Assembly: GCA_023334545.1 (NCBI GenBank)
Contig: JAADVB010000032.1
Coordinates: 43,306-107,305 of the forward strand
Length of the DNA stretch: 64,000 nucleotides
Source of the DNA: Salisapilia sapeloensis CBS 127946
Lineage: Eukaryota; Protista; Oomycota
Direction: 5' to 3'
This document shows positions 50,686 to 62,142 of the stretch, piece by piece. A program made the translations under genes and the position numbers. Under the pieces are notes generated by a model. It saw only the letters and a program-made list of their open reading frames with translations. It had not been told where the DNA came from and did not search any database. Numbering within the stretch: position 1 is the first letter of the stretch; each line of letters opens with the position of its first letter.

Positions 50686-51510
50686 TTAAACTTGATTGAG
50701 TCGTTCGAGTTGCTTCCTGTGACGAATGCAGTAACCACCGCTGCGAGCTGCTTGTGTGCATTCCCAGTAACCGCATCGTTTTCCACCTCCATGACCGTAG
50801 CAAACACCACCGGTCTGGGCACTCTTTGTACAATTCTTGACTGTACATCGGCGTCCACCACCGTGGGAAATACAAAAGCCACCACGGTGAGCACATTTCT
50901 GGCAGCCATCTGCCTTGCAAAAGTGTCGACCGCCATGTTCTACACACAGGCGCTTACGTCGGGCGTAATTGACACAGTTCTGTCGACGGCACTTGACCAT
51001 GCGCTTCCCAGTCAAAGAATTTTTACGAGCTGGTTGTGAATTGGAAACTTGGGAGTCTTGAGGGGACGAAGGCTCTGATTGAACGGACATGGGGCGAAAG
51101 TTTGTGCCATGTAGATCGTGAAAGTGATGCGGTGACTGTGATGACGCTTGCGAAATCAAAGCCGACGGCATGATTGATCTGTATCCTTCAAGTGGAACCA
51201 TTGATGCGAGCTTTAGAGTGGAAATGGGTGGAAGAGAAGATGTAGCCCGAGGCACTGCATGAACGGGCTGGTAGGTGGTAGACAAAACATTAGACATAGA
51301 GCAGTCAAAGTTGAAAGGCGGCGGCTTGATCTCCATGCTTTCATACACTTGGCTAGGAACAAGTGCGATTTGGAACGTATCGCGTTGATCGTTGTAGGAT
51401 TTTAGTGACGGTAGTGTTGGCGCTGGTACTGTTTCAGGATGATACTTTGGAGGAAGAGCACCTTGAACGCTATCCTGCGAGTGGATGCTAGTAGTTTTGG
51501 TCGCGAGCAT
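50686..51510 (-). CDS. WRKY19-like C-x4-C-x7/9-C-x2-H zinc-finger repeat protein (oomycete-expanded family)
   Basis: Four tandem units: CRRQNC...LCVEHGG, CKADGC...FCISHGGG, CTVKNC...VCYGHGGG, CGYWEC...YCIRH. S/P-rich N-terminus; no WRKYGQK. Confidence 0.85.
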   Translation of the reverse strand: MLATKTTSIHSQDSVQGALPPKYHPETVPAPTLPSLKSYNDQRDTFQIALVPSQVYESMEIKPPPFNFDCSMSNVLSTTYQPVHAVPRATSSLPPISTLKLASMVPLEGYRSIMPSALISQASSQSPHHFHDLHGTNFRPMSVQSEPSSPQDSQVSNSQPARKNSLTGKRMVKCRRQNCVNYARRKRLCVEHGGRHFCKADGCQKCAHRGGFCISHGGGRRCTVKNCTKSAQTGGVCYGHGGGKRCGYWECTQAARSGGYCIRHRKQLERLNQV

Positions 51511-51540
51511 AATAGAGGTACGTGGTGTTAAGCCGGGCTT

Positions 51541-51558
51541 GCAAATTGGAAAGTGAGC
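51541..51558 (-). promoter_or_regulatory. Inr+FPR core promoter of the WRKY19-like gene
   Basis: The minus strand reads GCTCACTTTCCAATTTGC, essentially the oomycete Inr+FPR consensus, ending 30 nt before the ATG at 51510. Confidence 0.7.
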
Positions 51559-52479
51559 CCAGCTTGCGATTGTCTCCCACAGTAGAGGGCAACGACTTGA
51601 CTAGGATTACAAGTATGTGAAAGTGCCATGTTTCCACCACAACCCGCGCATTCACGTGGCAAGTGCAGCGAGGCTAATATTTGTATAGATAACAAACATA
51701 AAACGTAGTATTTCCAGATCTCATCCAATTGCCCCATCCATTTACGTGTCAACCGTTGATATAAATCTATTATTCCATCATCATACGTGGCATTCTTCGA
51801 TCCATACGGATTCCCCCGTTACCTTGTCTACTTGTTGGTATCTACTGGGAAGGCGACACGATAAAGCGCCTTGCGCAAAAAATTTATTAATTGAAGCAGA
51901 TCCACAAACACGGGAGCTTGAAGGCATAGCTGTCCAAATTTTTTCTCGTTAAGGAACGAGGATACAGGCTCATAAGTGGTGCACTTTCCATGTGCGCCAT
52001 ACTGACAGAGGATCGACATACACTTTTGTCTTAGAGCAACCGTCGTATGGTAACTCGGAGTGCCACGGATTATTTAAAGAACAAAAGCTCTGGAATTCCC
52101 TTTGCACACATGTGGCGTAGAAGATATATCAAAGTGTGCTTAATTTCAGTGAAATCGACGTTCATACTACCAAAAGCGAGCGCACAAAAAGAAATTTTAC
52201 TTCGATATGACGTGGCATGGAAGAGTATCATTGTCCGCGCCATCGAAGCATATTGAAGTAAGGACGATGTAAGCTCGCTCACCGATATGTGAGTCTGTAC
52301 GCGACTTCAAATGAGATCATCTGCTCACACCACGCCGAGCATATACCCATGTTTACAACCGAAACCAAGATAAATGAGACTTTAGACTTAGCACCACTTC
52401 AAATGAAACTGGAATAGTCATTTAAAGCGCCGCGTCGTTTCACTTTTTGGTCCAACACTTTCTAAAGATTCTAGCAACC

Positions 52480-55400
52480 ATGGCGAATCGCAACGTAGAG
52501 CCTCGAGTTCTTGTCAACTACTACCTTCGAAAAGGATGGTATGATCATGTCAAACAGCTTCATGCTAGTCGATTTGAAACATTCGGCACGGATAATGTGC
52601 TGGCTTTTTGGCGAGCCATAAGTTTGGTGCTGGAAGGCAGTTATCCTGCTGCCATTCGAGAGCTCGTCAGCCTTAAATCTCGACGAGAAGTCGAGTCACC
52701 ATGCTTGCAAGCACTGGTTTATGCTCACTCCCAATGTAAGCACGTCGATACCGACGAAGTGTCCCAACTCGAGCTACAGGTGTGCATCGCGGAGGAAAAC
52801 GCATCCGTTGAAAGCCTGCTGCTCTCAGCCACAATGTACTGGCATCTGCGGCAGCCAGCAAAAGCGAAGAAAATTTTAGACCAAATTGGCCAGGCTAGTA
52901 AGTCGAGTGGATCAAAAAGTAGCGATCTCACGCCACGTGTGGCTCTACTTCGTGGCTGGATTGACATAACACTCGATCCGAAGACCAAGAAAGATATTGA
53001 CTGCCGTAATGGCGCCATCCATCTGTTCGAAGCAGCCCAAGGGTTTAAAGATGCTGAGTTACTGCTGGGTGTAGCCAAGTACTATGAAGCGAAAAAGTCG
53101 TATAGTAAATCGCTTGAGTATCTAGACCAATTGATCGTCAAGTATCCATGGTTCTCTCAAGGTGTTAGTGAGAAAGCGCTCATCCTTGTTAAGATGAATC
53201 AATGGGATGAATGTCTCGACAGCGTCGAACGGGCGCTGGATGCAAACGCGCACGACATTGACGCTCTCCACCTTCGCACCTTTCTCTTGCTCTCTCGAGA
53301 GGGTAAGCGACAGGAAGCCATTAGCAAGATCCGAAATCTGGAAGAGGCACTAGACCACACAGAGTCGGAGAACGCTCAACTTTATTACGAACTTTCGAAG
53401 AGCATTGTGCGTATCTCGGATGGCGATGAGACCATACTACAAATGACGTTATCCTTGTTGGACGGGGCACTGCGGCTTCATCCTGAAAGTAGCGTTTATC
53501 AGGCTGAAAGAGGTTACCAGATGAGTGTGCGTCAAGACTACTCCATCGCCTTGGAGTGCTACAAGGATGCATTGAAGCTCGATGAATCCAATGAGGCTGC
53601 CCTTCATGGATTGATCTATTGTCAGTTGCAGCTTGCACAGACGGATGATGCCGCTCAACAACTTGAATTTCTTAGTGTCATCCAGGAATCTATTGGCAAC
53701 AACCCGGGTTTTATATACTTGCAAGCCATGCTTACATGGGCACAGCATCAGGACCGCAGTAATCAAGTCAAACAGTTACAACGCGCTGTCCAGTTGCACA
53801 TGGAGCAACTGAAAGACGCTGTGCAGTACGGGGATCTTTCCGCCCATGAACTGATGACGTTGCTAAATCCACTCTTTCTGGTGGAAATCGCGTCCGAGTT
53901 TCTTCGGTCCGACACGACGATGACCAAATCATTGTCCAAAGGTAGAGGACAGGAGGCCCTCAGCCATGAAGAATCGCACGACTTAGCTACCGCAATAGCA
54001 GCCAAGGGCATTGGTATCCTTGAAAAGCTTGTCCATAGATCTCCGGGTCTGCTTCGAGCGCAATCACTTCTCGCCACAGCATACTTCACAGCCTCCAAAC
54101 TCGACGATGCTTATCGCATATGCAACCATGTACGCAGCTCGTACTTCGCGACTATATAACTTCTTGTTTCTAATTCTCACTATTGTAGATTATAAAATTA
54201 AATCCGGAACACTCGGTCAGTCATCTCCTTCAAGCGCGTATATCAATGGAACGAGAGCACTACCGAGCCGCGGAAGCTAGTCTTGACCAAGCGCTAAGCC
54301 ATGATTTCTCCGTTCGACAAACACTCGGATACAGCAGCATCCATGCCAAGATTCAAGAAAACCGAGGGGACGTGGGAGATGCACTTAAAACACTACAGCA
54401 AGCCATGAAGACAATAAAGTCCCAAGATTCGAGGAACAAATCCGGAAGCAAAGTCAGTCGAGAGTTACTGTACGACAAAGCATCCGTCTACATTCAATTA
54501 GCACAAGCTTTAGCCCAGTTAAACAATGTACCAGAAGCAGTCGATGTGGTCCGTGAAGCTCTCCAAGTCTTTCGGTATTGTCTTTCATCATACATGCTTA
54601 CTGCCCTTATACTCATTAATGAACAACAATAGCGGCACTGGAGAAGAAGTGCGAGTGGTACTTGCCAACAGTGAGCTAGCTTTAAAACGCGGTGACCATG
54701 AGTCTGCGATTGCGCTTCTAAGCAACGTTCCACCTTCATCGCCCGCTTTCACGAAAGCTCAAATGGCCAAAGCTGATATCTACTTGCATTATCGAAAGGA
54801 CAAAGTGCGCTTTGCAAAGTGCTACCAAGAGCTTGTTGCTCGACGTCCAGCTCATGCTACCTATGTGAGCCTAGCAGAAGCCTACTTGCGTATTCAAGAG
54901 CTGGACCAAGCTATCGGTAGCTTCAAAGAGGCAATGAAACTGAAACCGGATGATTCGACGTTAGCTGGGCGTATAGGGCGGGTGCTAACCGCAAAGCATG
55001 ACTACCTCAAAGCTGTCGACTACTACGAGAGTGCTTTGAAGCACGAGCCTCGTAACCTGTCGCTCCGGACAGATCTCACCGATCTGTACATAAAGCTTGG
55101 CCACTTTGATCAGGCCTTCGCAACAGTACAACAAGTTCCACCTTTTGATGGTCCGATCGAAAGTGAAGAGCTGGAGGATATTGTCAAGTACACTGAATTG
55201 CAACTCACACTACCGGAGATTCACGTAGGCAGAAATAATCAGGATTTGGCCGTGCAAGCACTGTTGAAAGCCCAGTCATTACAGAAGATGGTCCTCGATC
55301 GACTGCAAGATGAGCAACCTGATGTACTGCAACGGCAGAAGAAGAGTATGGCGCAAACGAGTTACCAAGTTGCTGAAATCTACGCCAAACGATTACCAAA

Positions 55401-56670
55401 GTCGAATGATGATCTAGAGCAGATTCACAAGTACTGTACGATGGCCTTGCGCCTGGATGAAACGCACGAAAATGCATTATTGCAACTTGCTAGAGTAGGA
55501 ATGCTCCGGGGGAACTTGGATCAATGCCAAACGCATTGCCAGACTCTTTTGCGCCTCCAACCTTCCAGCGAACCTACTGCATTACTACTTTCTGATGTGT
55601 TGGTGCAAAAAGAGGAGACAGACGCTGCCATCGGAGCTTTACAGCGTCTTTTGGAAAGCCAACCAGCGAATTTCCAAGCATTACGTCGTCTCATTCACCT
55701 CGCTCGTCGTGCCGGTAAGCTTGATTTGGCACAAAAGTCCTTGACTCTGGCGGAACGATCAGGCGTGCGTGCTGCACATGCCCCAGGTTTCTACTTTTGC
55801 AAAGGCTTGTGTTATCGATACACAAACAAAGTTCGAGAAGCGATTGAGAGCTTTAATTGTGCTCGTAAGGATACGGAATATGGGGAAAGTGCCCTCATCC
55901 ACATGATCGAGTTATATCTGAATCCGGATCAGGATTTTAGCTTTGAAAGCGATGGCGGAGATGCTGCTGAACCTCTTACAAGAGAGCAAGCGGAGAATCT
56001 ACGCATCGCCAACACGTTGTTAGATGAACTACCGATCCACTCTGAGAAGAAAAGCGCGACGAGCTATCAAAATGTAGAGCTACGAGTACTGGAAGCCTAC
56101 GCCGTCTTAGCTGCCCGGAGCAAATCCATGGTGGATAAATCGATTCAACTCTTCCTGGAAATGCTAGAAACGGAGGGTAAAGACTACATACCAGCTATTG
56201 TTGGCCTCTCGGTTGCTTACATAGCAGCGAAGCAACAGCCAAAGGCACGGAACCAACTTAAACGTGTCGTAAAGATGAACTACGATGCGCGTTACGCAGA
56301 GGACTTGGAAAGAGCATACCTTTTACTAGCAGACATCTACATTGGCAAGTCCAAATTCGACATGGCACAGGAGTTATGTAAGAAAGCTTTGGTGCATAAC
56401 AAATCCTCCGGCAAGGCGTGGGAGCTACTCGGACTAGTGATGGAAAAGACCCAATCGTTCGTTGATGCTGCGGACTGCTACCATGAAGCATGGCGCTGCG
56501 AGCATGAGGCAAGCGCACCTGTCGGCTTCAAACTTGCGTTTAATTACCTCAAAGCTAGGCGTTTCGTCGCTGCTATAGATGTCTGTAACCACGTGCTGAG
56601 TCTTTACCCAAACTATCCACGTATCCAAACGGACATTCTGGACAAAGCAGTTGCAGGCTTCCGTCCATAA
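52480..56670 (+). CDS. TTC21B: Intraflagellar transport protein IFT139 / TTC21B (IFT-A, TPR repeats), 3 exons
   Basis: ATG at 52480 (MANRNVEPRVLVNYYLRKGWYDHV). Introns 54130-54188 and 54575-54632 join three ORFs in frame. C-terminal GFKLAFNYLKARRFVAAIDVCNHVLSLYPNYPRIQTDILDKA is characteristic of TTC21. Confidence 0.93.
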
Positions 56671-56764
56671 GCAGGCGAACGACACAAGTCTTACAACCTT
56701 AAGTTCCATTTCTAACTTTTCAATAAACTCTTTCTCCTCTACCTTTTTCTCGTCGTTCCTTCTC

Positions 56765-58392
56765 TTATCCTGCAAAAGCATAGTCTCGCAGGGTAGAAAG
56801 CGGATTCTTTGGTTTATTTTCAACCCCTTTACATATCTCGATGTGCTGCTGTGCTCCAGATGGAGCGAATTTCCGATGGCAGGACGGACAGTCCACGAGA
56901 TTCGCCTGGTACTCACGATAGCTGAGTGCGAGGTTGCGTTTCTTCCCACTCTCACTCTTGACTTTGCTTTGAGTACTTGTGTCTGATGATGCATTCGAGT
57001 AGTAGGATGTGTTCCCATTCGTACGTAGTGACCTACGAGAGTGCCGACTTTCATTCTGGTTCGTCCCAAAGACTCTTTCGCAAACGTTTTCATGCTTGGC
57101 TAATCGTCCCATAGCAAAGCTTCGACCACAGTGCTTACAAGTTTCCATCTCTTGCGGACCAACATTTGAGATCACGTTCTTTTCGCTCGACATGCTTCCA
57201 TTTCTACTAGATGTGATACTTGGTCGAATGGAACGCCCAGGCTTGTCGTTGAGTCTAGCACTTTCACGTGGTGTAGCTTTGGTTACAGGTTTCTTTGGAA
57301 GCAACTGCAAATTCTGTTGCAGATCATATGCGTTTAAATCGTTTGAGGACACCTCTGGTGTTGACTGCGCACAGGAAGAAGCATATTGTAAGGACCGGAG
57401 GGCTGGATCTTCCGACAGAACGCACAACATTTTCTGGAAACTTCGAAACAACGACGTCATCTCTTGCTTGTGACGATTCAGCGGTCTGCAAGTACTGAAA
57501 TGAGCTTGGAAACTACTGCTACTGTCCTGCTTGGCACCACAAAAGCAACAAAAGAGATAGTCCTGTGGATCGATATCTGTCGACTCTGTCTCATTCACTG
57601 ACACTTGCTCATCCACCATCGCATTAACGCCATTCGGCCTAATAGCAGACTATACGTCATTCATGAGGTAAATTATATAGGTAGGAAGGAAGCTTACTTG
57701 GTCCAAGATGACTCTCGAGTACGCCTGTTATAGTAATAGACTCTTCCTTTGGCTGTAAATGCTTGCTTCCATTCGTCACTCTTGTCCACAGCATTAGTGT
57801 CTTCATTCTCTTTAGATCCAGCACTCGTTTCGCTACCATCTTCACTCTCACTTTCATCTACTTGCTCTCCAATTGGATACTGATGCATTGATACGCCAGA
57901 CTGTCCTTTGGAATCTTCGAATGTGGACGATTCATTGGACCATCGAGCTTCCATGGCTTCATGAACCATGTCAAAGTAGGATGGTGCTGCTGCATGCTCC
58001 TCCATATGACTCGACAACTTCCATCCGCTCCCAGTGTCACTCTCATCATCTTCTGGATGACTATCTTGCGAGTCGATATCACTATCCTGAATCCTACTTT
58101 GGTTTCTAACGGACGAACGGAACTCTTCTCGTTGACTATCCAGTAGTCTCAGCGCATCCTGGACACTCTGCTCAACGTCATCTAGACTTAACGCTTCCGA
58201 TACGGTCGATTCAGCTGCCTTTTGCTGATACTCACGTTCTTCTTCCTTTCCCTGCATATGCCCAGTCTCTTCGTTCGTCGATTCAAACTCATCTTGCGGA
58301 TCATGCATCATCTGAAAACCTTCCGAGTTCTCTGAAAGTCTCTCCGACTCGTCCATCATTTCTCCGAGGCCGCTCTGGTCGTTACGAGACAT
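56765..58392 (-). CDS. WW-domain + C2HC zinc-finger (ZC2HC1-like) protein, 2 exons
   Basis: Intron 57639-57697 (GTAAGC...TATTAG) fuses the WW ORF (EWKQAFTAKGRVYYYNRRTRESSWTK) in frame to KPNGVNAMVDEQ..., completing the WW W-x-x-P. Fingers CKHCGRSF...LAKHENVC and CPSCHRKF...HIEICK. Confidence 0.8.
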
Positions 58393-58646
58393 ACTCGTGC
58401 ACTCGTCTTGGAAAATGTATGCAACTGGAGTTTACTTCATGTCAGAATCCTGGACAGTTCATATTACTTATGGTAATTTCCTGACCAACATTCTGTCATA
58501 TAGTATATAGATGCATGATTGGATATAATTGTCGAATAGGACATATGATTGGTGGATAAGAACGCGCGCTTTTTGTTGCCGTTCCACTTCCGTTTCCGCC
58601 AAGTACAGACTCCTCTTCCTCCTCGTTGCGCGCGGTATAGATAGAT

Positions 58647-59429
58647 ATGAAGCTTTTAGACACTGCGCACGCTATCCGTAAGGTCTAATATTCTATGTAA
58701 GACCGCTCCTTTTTAACTTGTACAAATGTAGCACCCGTGGACGGCGAACAAGGCTGGGGCACAGGCGAACCAAAGGACATGGAGCCGCTCGTTGATTCTT
58801 CTACAGACTTTTCTTCCGACGATGAAGAATTGGATGCGTATGGATTGGATAGTTTTATCTCGATGGACTCGACGTTTGAAGACCCGTTCGAGTGCAGCGC
58901 TTCGCCTATTCTTGATGCTGGTGATAGCAACTATCTCGTTCTTCCAGACACGCTGGAAGACTTGTATGAAGACTCGAAGAATAAACGCGTGCAAGAGACA
59001 CATCAGTATCCTTCAGATGGAGACACGAAGAGACGGCGCCAAGCACTGCGGCCGCTGGATGCCAATGTAATGGATGTAACTGACCGATCTGGTGGTAGTA
59101 AGTCTCTCTCACGCTCTCATGACGTTGATCAAAGCGAAGAAGCTGTTGTAACAAAACCGGCGGGCAAACGCCGAAGGCGAGAACTCTCAGCTTCAGGTAC
59201 ACCAGCCCCCTCGACGAATGTTGCCACGTCCAAGGACTCGATGTTCACGCCTCCGACAACGTCCGTCAATTACAATCTCTTCAACAGGAAAACAGGAAAG
59301 AAAATCGACAATCAGACTCCACAGGAAGACACTGTGAAGAAAATCACGAATGTAAAAAGCCGTGGCCAGGAAAATCGAAGAGCTCGCAGCGCCAGACTTT
59401 TGCCGGATCCACGTGACGTGGAAAATTAG
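58647..59429 (+). CDS. Hypothetical acidic/low-complexity protein (3' end possibly extends to ~60164)
   Basis: ATG at 58647; phase-1 intron 58678-58731 joins in frame to ORF 58737-59429. No recognisable domain. Confidence 0.5.
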
Positions 59430-60207
59430 CACGTGACAGACGAGTGTATTTAATCTTTCGAAAAGACTTCTTTGGTGAAAGCAAATTCAGCCATGGCTTT
59501 GTAATTATAATATATGGACGTGTAGGCATGCCGGACGCCGTTTCAATCCGTCCGTGGCACATCGAGTTGATAATAAACTTGATGCTTTTGCTGACATAGA
59601 CAGCGATTTGGAGAGCATGTTATTTGCTCAGGATTTGCAGATGCCTTTCATCCGAAAGGAAGGGTTTCTGGTAGAAGTGCAGGAGATTTACAATGCTGTG
59701 AACTCGTTTACGCAGGACTTAATACGAAAAGGCATGTATATCATATGGATGTAGTGATTCAGATGGATGGATATTGCTTTCTACCATCCTTCGCGATAAT
59801 GCTATAAAGGATGGCTTGATTTCTTCAATACTCGCGAACACGTTGCCACGAAAGCCTATCGTACTCACCTTTGGCTAATTTGCGCGCATGCTTCCATCTG
59901 GAGGGTGCATTTGTGACTAGTTTTACAATGGATCGATATCCACTTCTGATAGGTATCCAACCCTTTTTTACCTTTTCGTTCATTCACAAGCATTTTAATC
60001 GTCTTCCTCCAGACTTTTACTTCGTACGGCATACCGACCATCAGCTCAAAGATTGTCATGCCGACTTCGTCGCAGGAAAAATTAACCTACATCCTCATCA
60101 ATTAACCCGACATCTTGGTTCGTACTTGTTCGGGACGGGTACAGATAATCAGACACGCGCATAGATAATGCAGAGGCAGGTGCAGTCTTCATAATTCATC
60201 CAGCCGA

Positions 60208-62142
60208 ATGGCGTCGTCCATCCATACAGACGCCCCAACCGTAGTAGAGATCCAGGGATGGAAGAGCAACGTGAATAGCTACACGTTATCCATGGAGCAC
60301 GTCACGATTGACCGTACGACCGACGATATTGTGTACAATCTCAATTGTGAACTCGAGACACCTCTTCCAGAAGCCTACACGAGTATCTATCAACACGTAA
60401 CCTTGAGCTGGCCTGTTGGAGGTATTTGGAAAATACAAAAGATAGACGAGTCACGTACTCAAGTGAAATGTGTGACTCGAAAGAAAACTGACATGACGTC
60501 GGAGCAAGTCGACGCCATGGCGAATGAAATTGCTGAGAGAGAATTTGCTGGCGTACACACGGAAATCTTTTCTTGGGGTATGCAAAAAGGTATTTTCAAG
60601 AAAGAAATTCGATGGTTTTTATACAAGCTAGAGCCGATGGAAGTCGGTAGTTCGAGCGACAAGAGTAACTCGAGTCCATTGCCTTCTCCTCTCACGATGG
60701 AACTATTCGCTGGCTTCCAACCAGCGACATTGAGTCTTACTATCAACAACATTTTATCCGTCGACTTTGTCCAGCAGACTTTTAACGCCGACGTGAAGTG
60801 GCACTTTGGTCTCTCTGCTGTCACAATCGTACGGGAGGAGGCTGTGCTGGAAGAGATGTTGGACGTACTAAAAGTAAAGGAAGAAGCGTTCGAGTTCAGT
60901 ACAATCGTCAGTCGCATCGCAGAAGACGTTGTCGACTCGTACGTCGTGCACAATGGTAAGATCAAGTACCAAGAAGAGACCACTGGCGAAGAGAAGAGCG
61001 AGCATGTGTATGAGCTACACTCTACCGGCCGCGTCGTCGCGACTTTTAACGAAGAGATGAGTCTCTACTACTTTCCCTTTGATCAACAGAAACTGACGCT
61101 ACCCATGGACGTAACGAAAGGCGTCGGGCCGCTCATCAGCGTCACTCCGTACTTGAAGAGCGCTGCCAAGTTCACCTACAGAAACTTTAAGCTGAACAAC
61201 GTCTTCCATGTCACGTACGGCGATCGTGTCTTCGTCGGCGATGTCCATAACGATCCGGATTATAAAGGCGTTCGCTTCGAAATGATACTTGAAAGGCGGA
61301 ACCAGTTCTACCTGACGAATGTGGCACTCCCAGCTGCAGTCATCACGTACCTCAGTTTCACTTCGTACTCGGATTCCGAGGAAGGTATCATCCCTATGGA
61401 AGATCGATTGCAGATCGTCCTCACGCTTCTCTTGACTGCCGTCACGTTCAAGTACCAAGTGGCTGAGCAACTGCCTCAAGTCTCGTACTTTACGGCGCTA
61501 GATAGATACGTCTACTTTTGTTTCCTCATCACATGCGTTGCATGTATTCAAAACACTCTCATCGATGACTTACCTTCCATCCTCACGTCGGAAGATAGTG
61601 ACAACAAGTACGGACTTGCTTTACTCACCGCCACTGCCTTTACACTCGTGAACATCGTCTGGATCTTGTATCTAGTCATTCTTATGCATTTACGTAAGAA
61701 ACGAAATCGTGTCTTCCTCATGACACACGAGTACGTCCAGACGATTCTCACCATGTCAGTCGCACCACAAGCTCGACGTCACTTGCTAATGAATTTCCTG
61801 GAGTCGAAAGGATTTACAGAGTACATGATGCCAGAGGTCGGGACGGATGACTTCGGATTTTTACATGTGAAATTGAGAGGGGACAAGAAGGCGAGTGAGA
61901 CGGTCAAGGAAAAGTTTGAAGCTCGTGCAGATAAGAGACGCCAGCACATTCGGAAGAAAGCACAGGAGATTGAAAACTTTTATGAAAATCAATGGTCAGA
62001 AGCTGCGACTACGAATTCGCATACACAAGACGATGACGATGACGATGCAGAGAACAACATGGGCGATGGACAGAGGTACGATCTAGCCAAATCGGCGTTT
62101 GTGACGGCAGCCGTGTCGGTTAAGCTTCGACAGAGACATTAA
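60208..62142 (+). CDS. Cys-less (Pro-loop) pentameric ligand-gated ion channel with N-terminal extension
   Basis: LSVDFVQQTFNADV, FNEEMSLYYFPFDQQKL (Pro-loop, no Cys pair), M1 FYLTNVALP, M2 EDRLQIVLTLLLTAVTFK, M2-M3 loop LPQVSYFTALDRYV, M3 and M4 helices. Confidence 0.88.
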   Translation: MASSIHTDAPTVVEIQGWKSNVNSYTLSMEHVTIDRTTDDIVYNLNCELETPLPEAYTSIYQHVTLSWPVGGIWKIQKIDESRTQVKCVTRKKTDMTSEQVDAMANEIAEREFAGVHTEIFSWGMQKGIFKKEIRWFLYKLEPMEVGSSSDKSNSSPLPSPLTMELFAGFQPATLSLTINNILSVDFVQQTFNADVKWHFGLSAVTIVREEAVLEEMLDVLKVKEEAFEFSTIVSRIAEDVVDSYVVHNGKIKYQEETTGEEKSEHVYELHSTGRVVATFNEEMSLYYFPFDQQKLTLPMDVTKGVGPLISVTPYLKSAAKFTYRNFKLNNVFHVTYGDRVFVGDVHNDPDYKGVRFEMILERRNQFYLTNVALPAAVITYLSFTSYSDSEEGIIPMEDRLQIVLTLLLTAVTFKYQVAEQLPQVSYFTALDRYVYFCFLITCVACIQNTLIDDLPSILTSEDSDNKYGLALLTATAFTLVNIVWILYLVILMHLRKKRNRVFLMTHEYVQTILTMSVAPQARRHLLMNFLESKGFTEYMMPEVGTDDFGFLHVKLRGDKKASETVKEKFEARADKRRQHIRKKAQEIENFYENQWSEAATTNSHTQDDDDDDAENNMGDGQRYDLAKSAFVTAAVSVKLRQRH

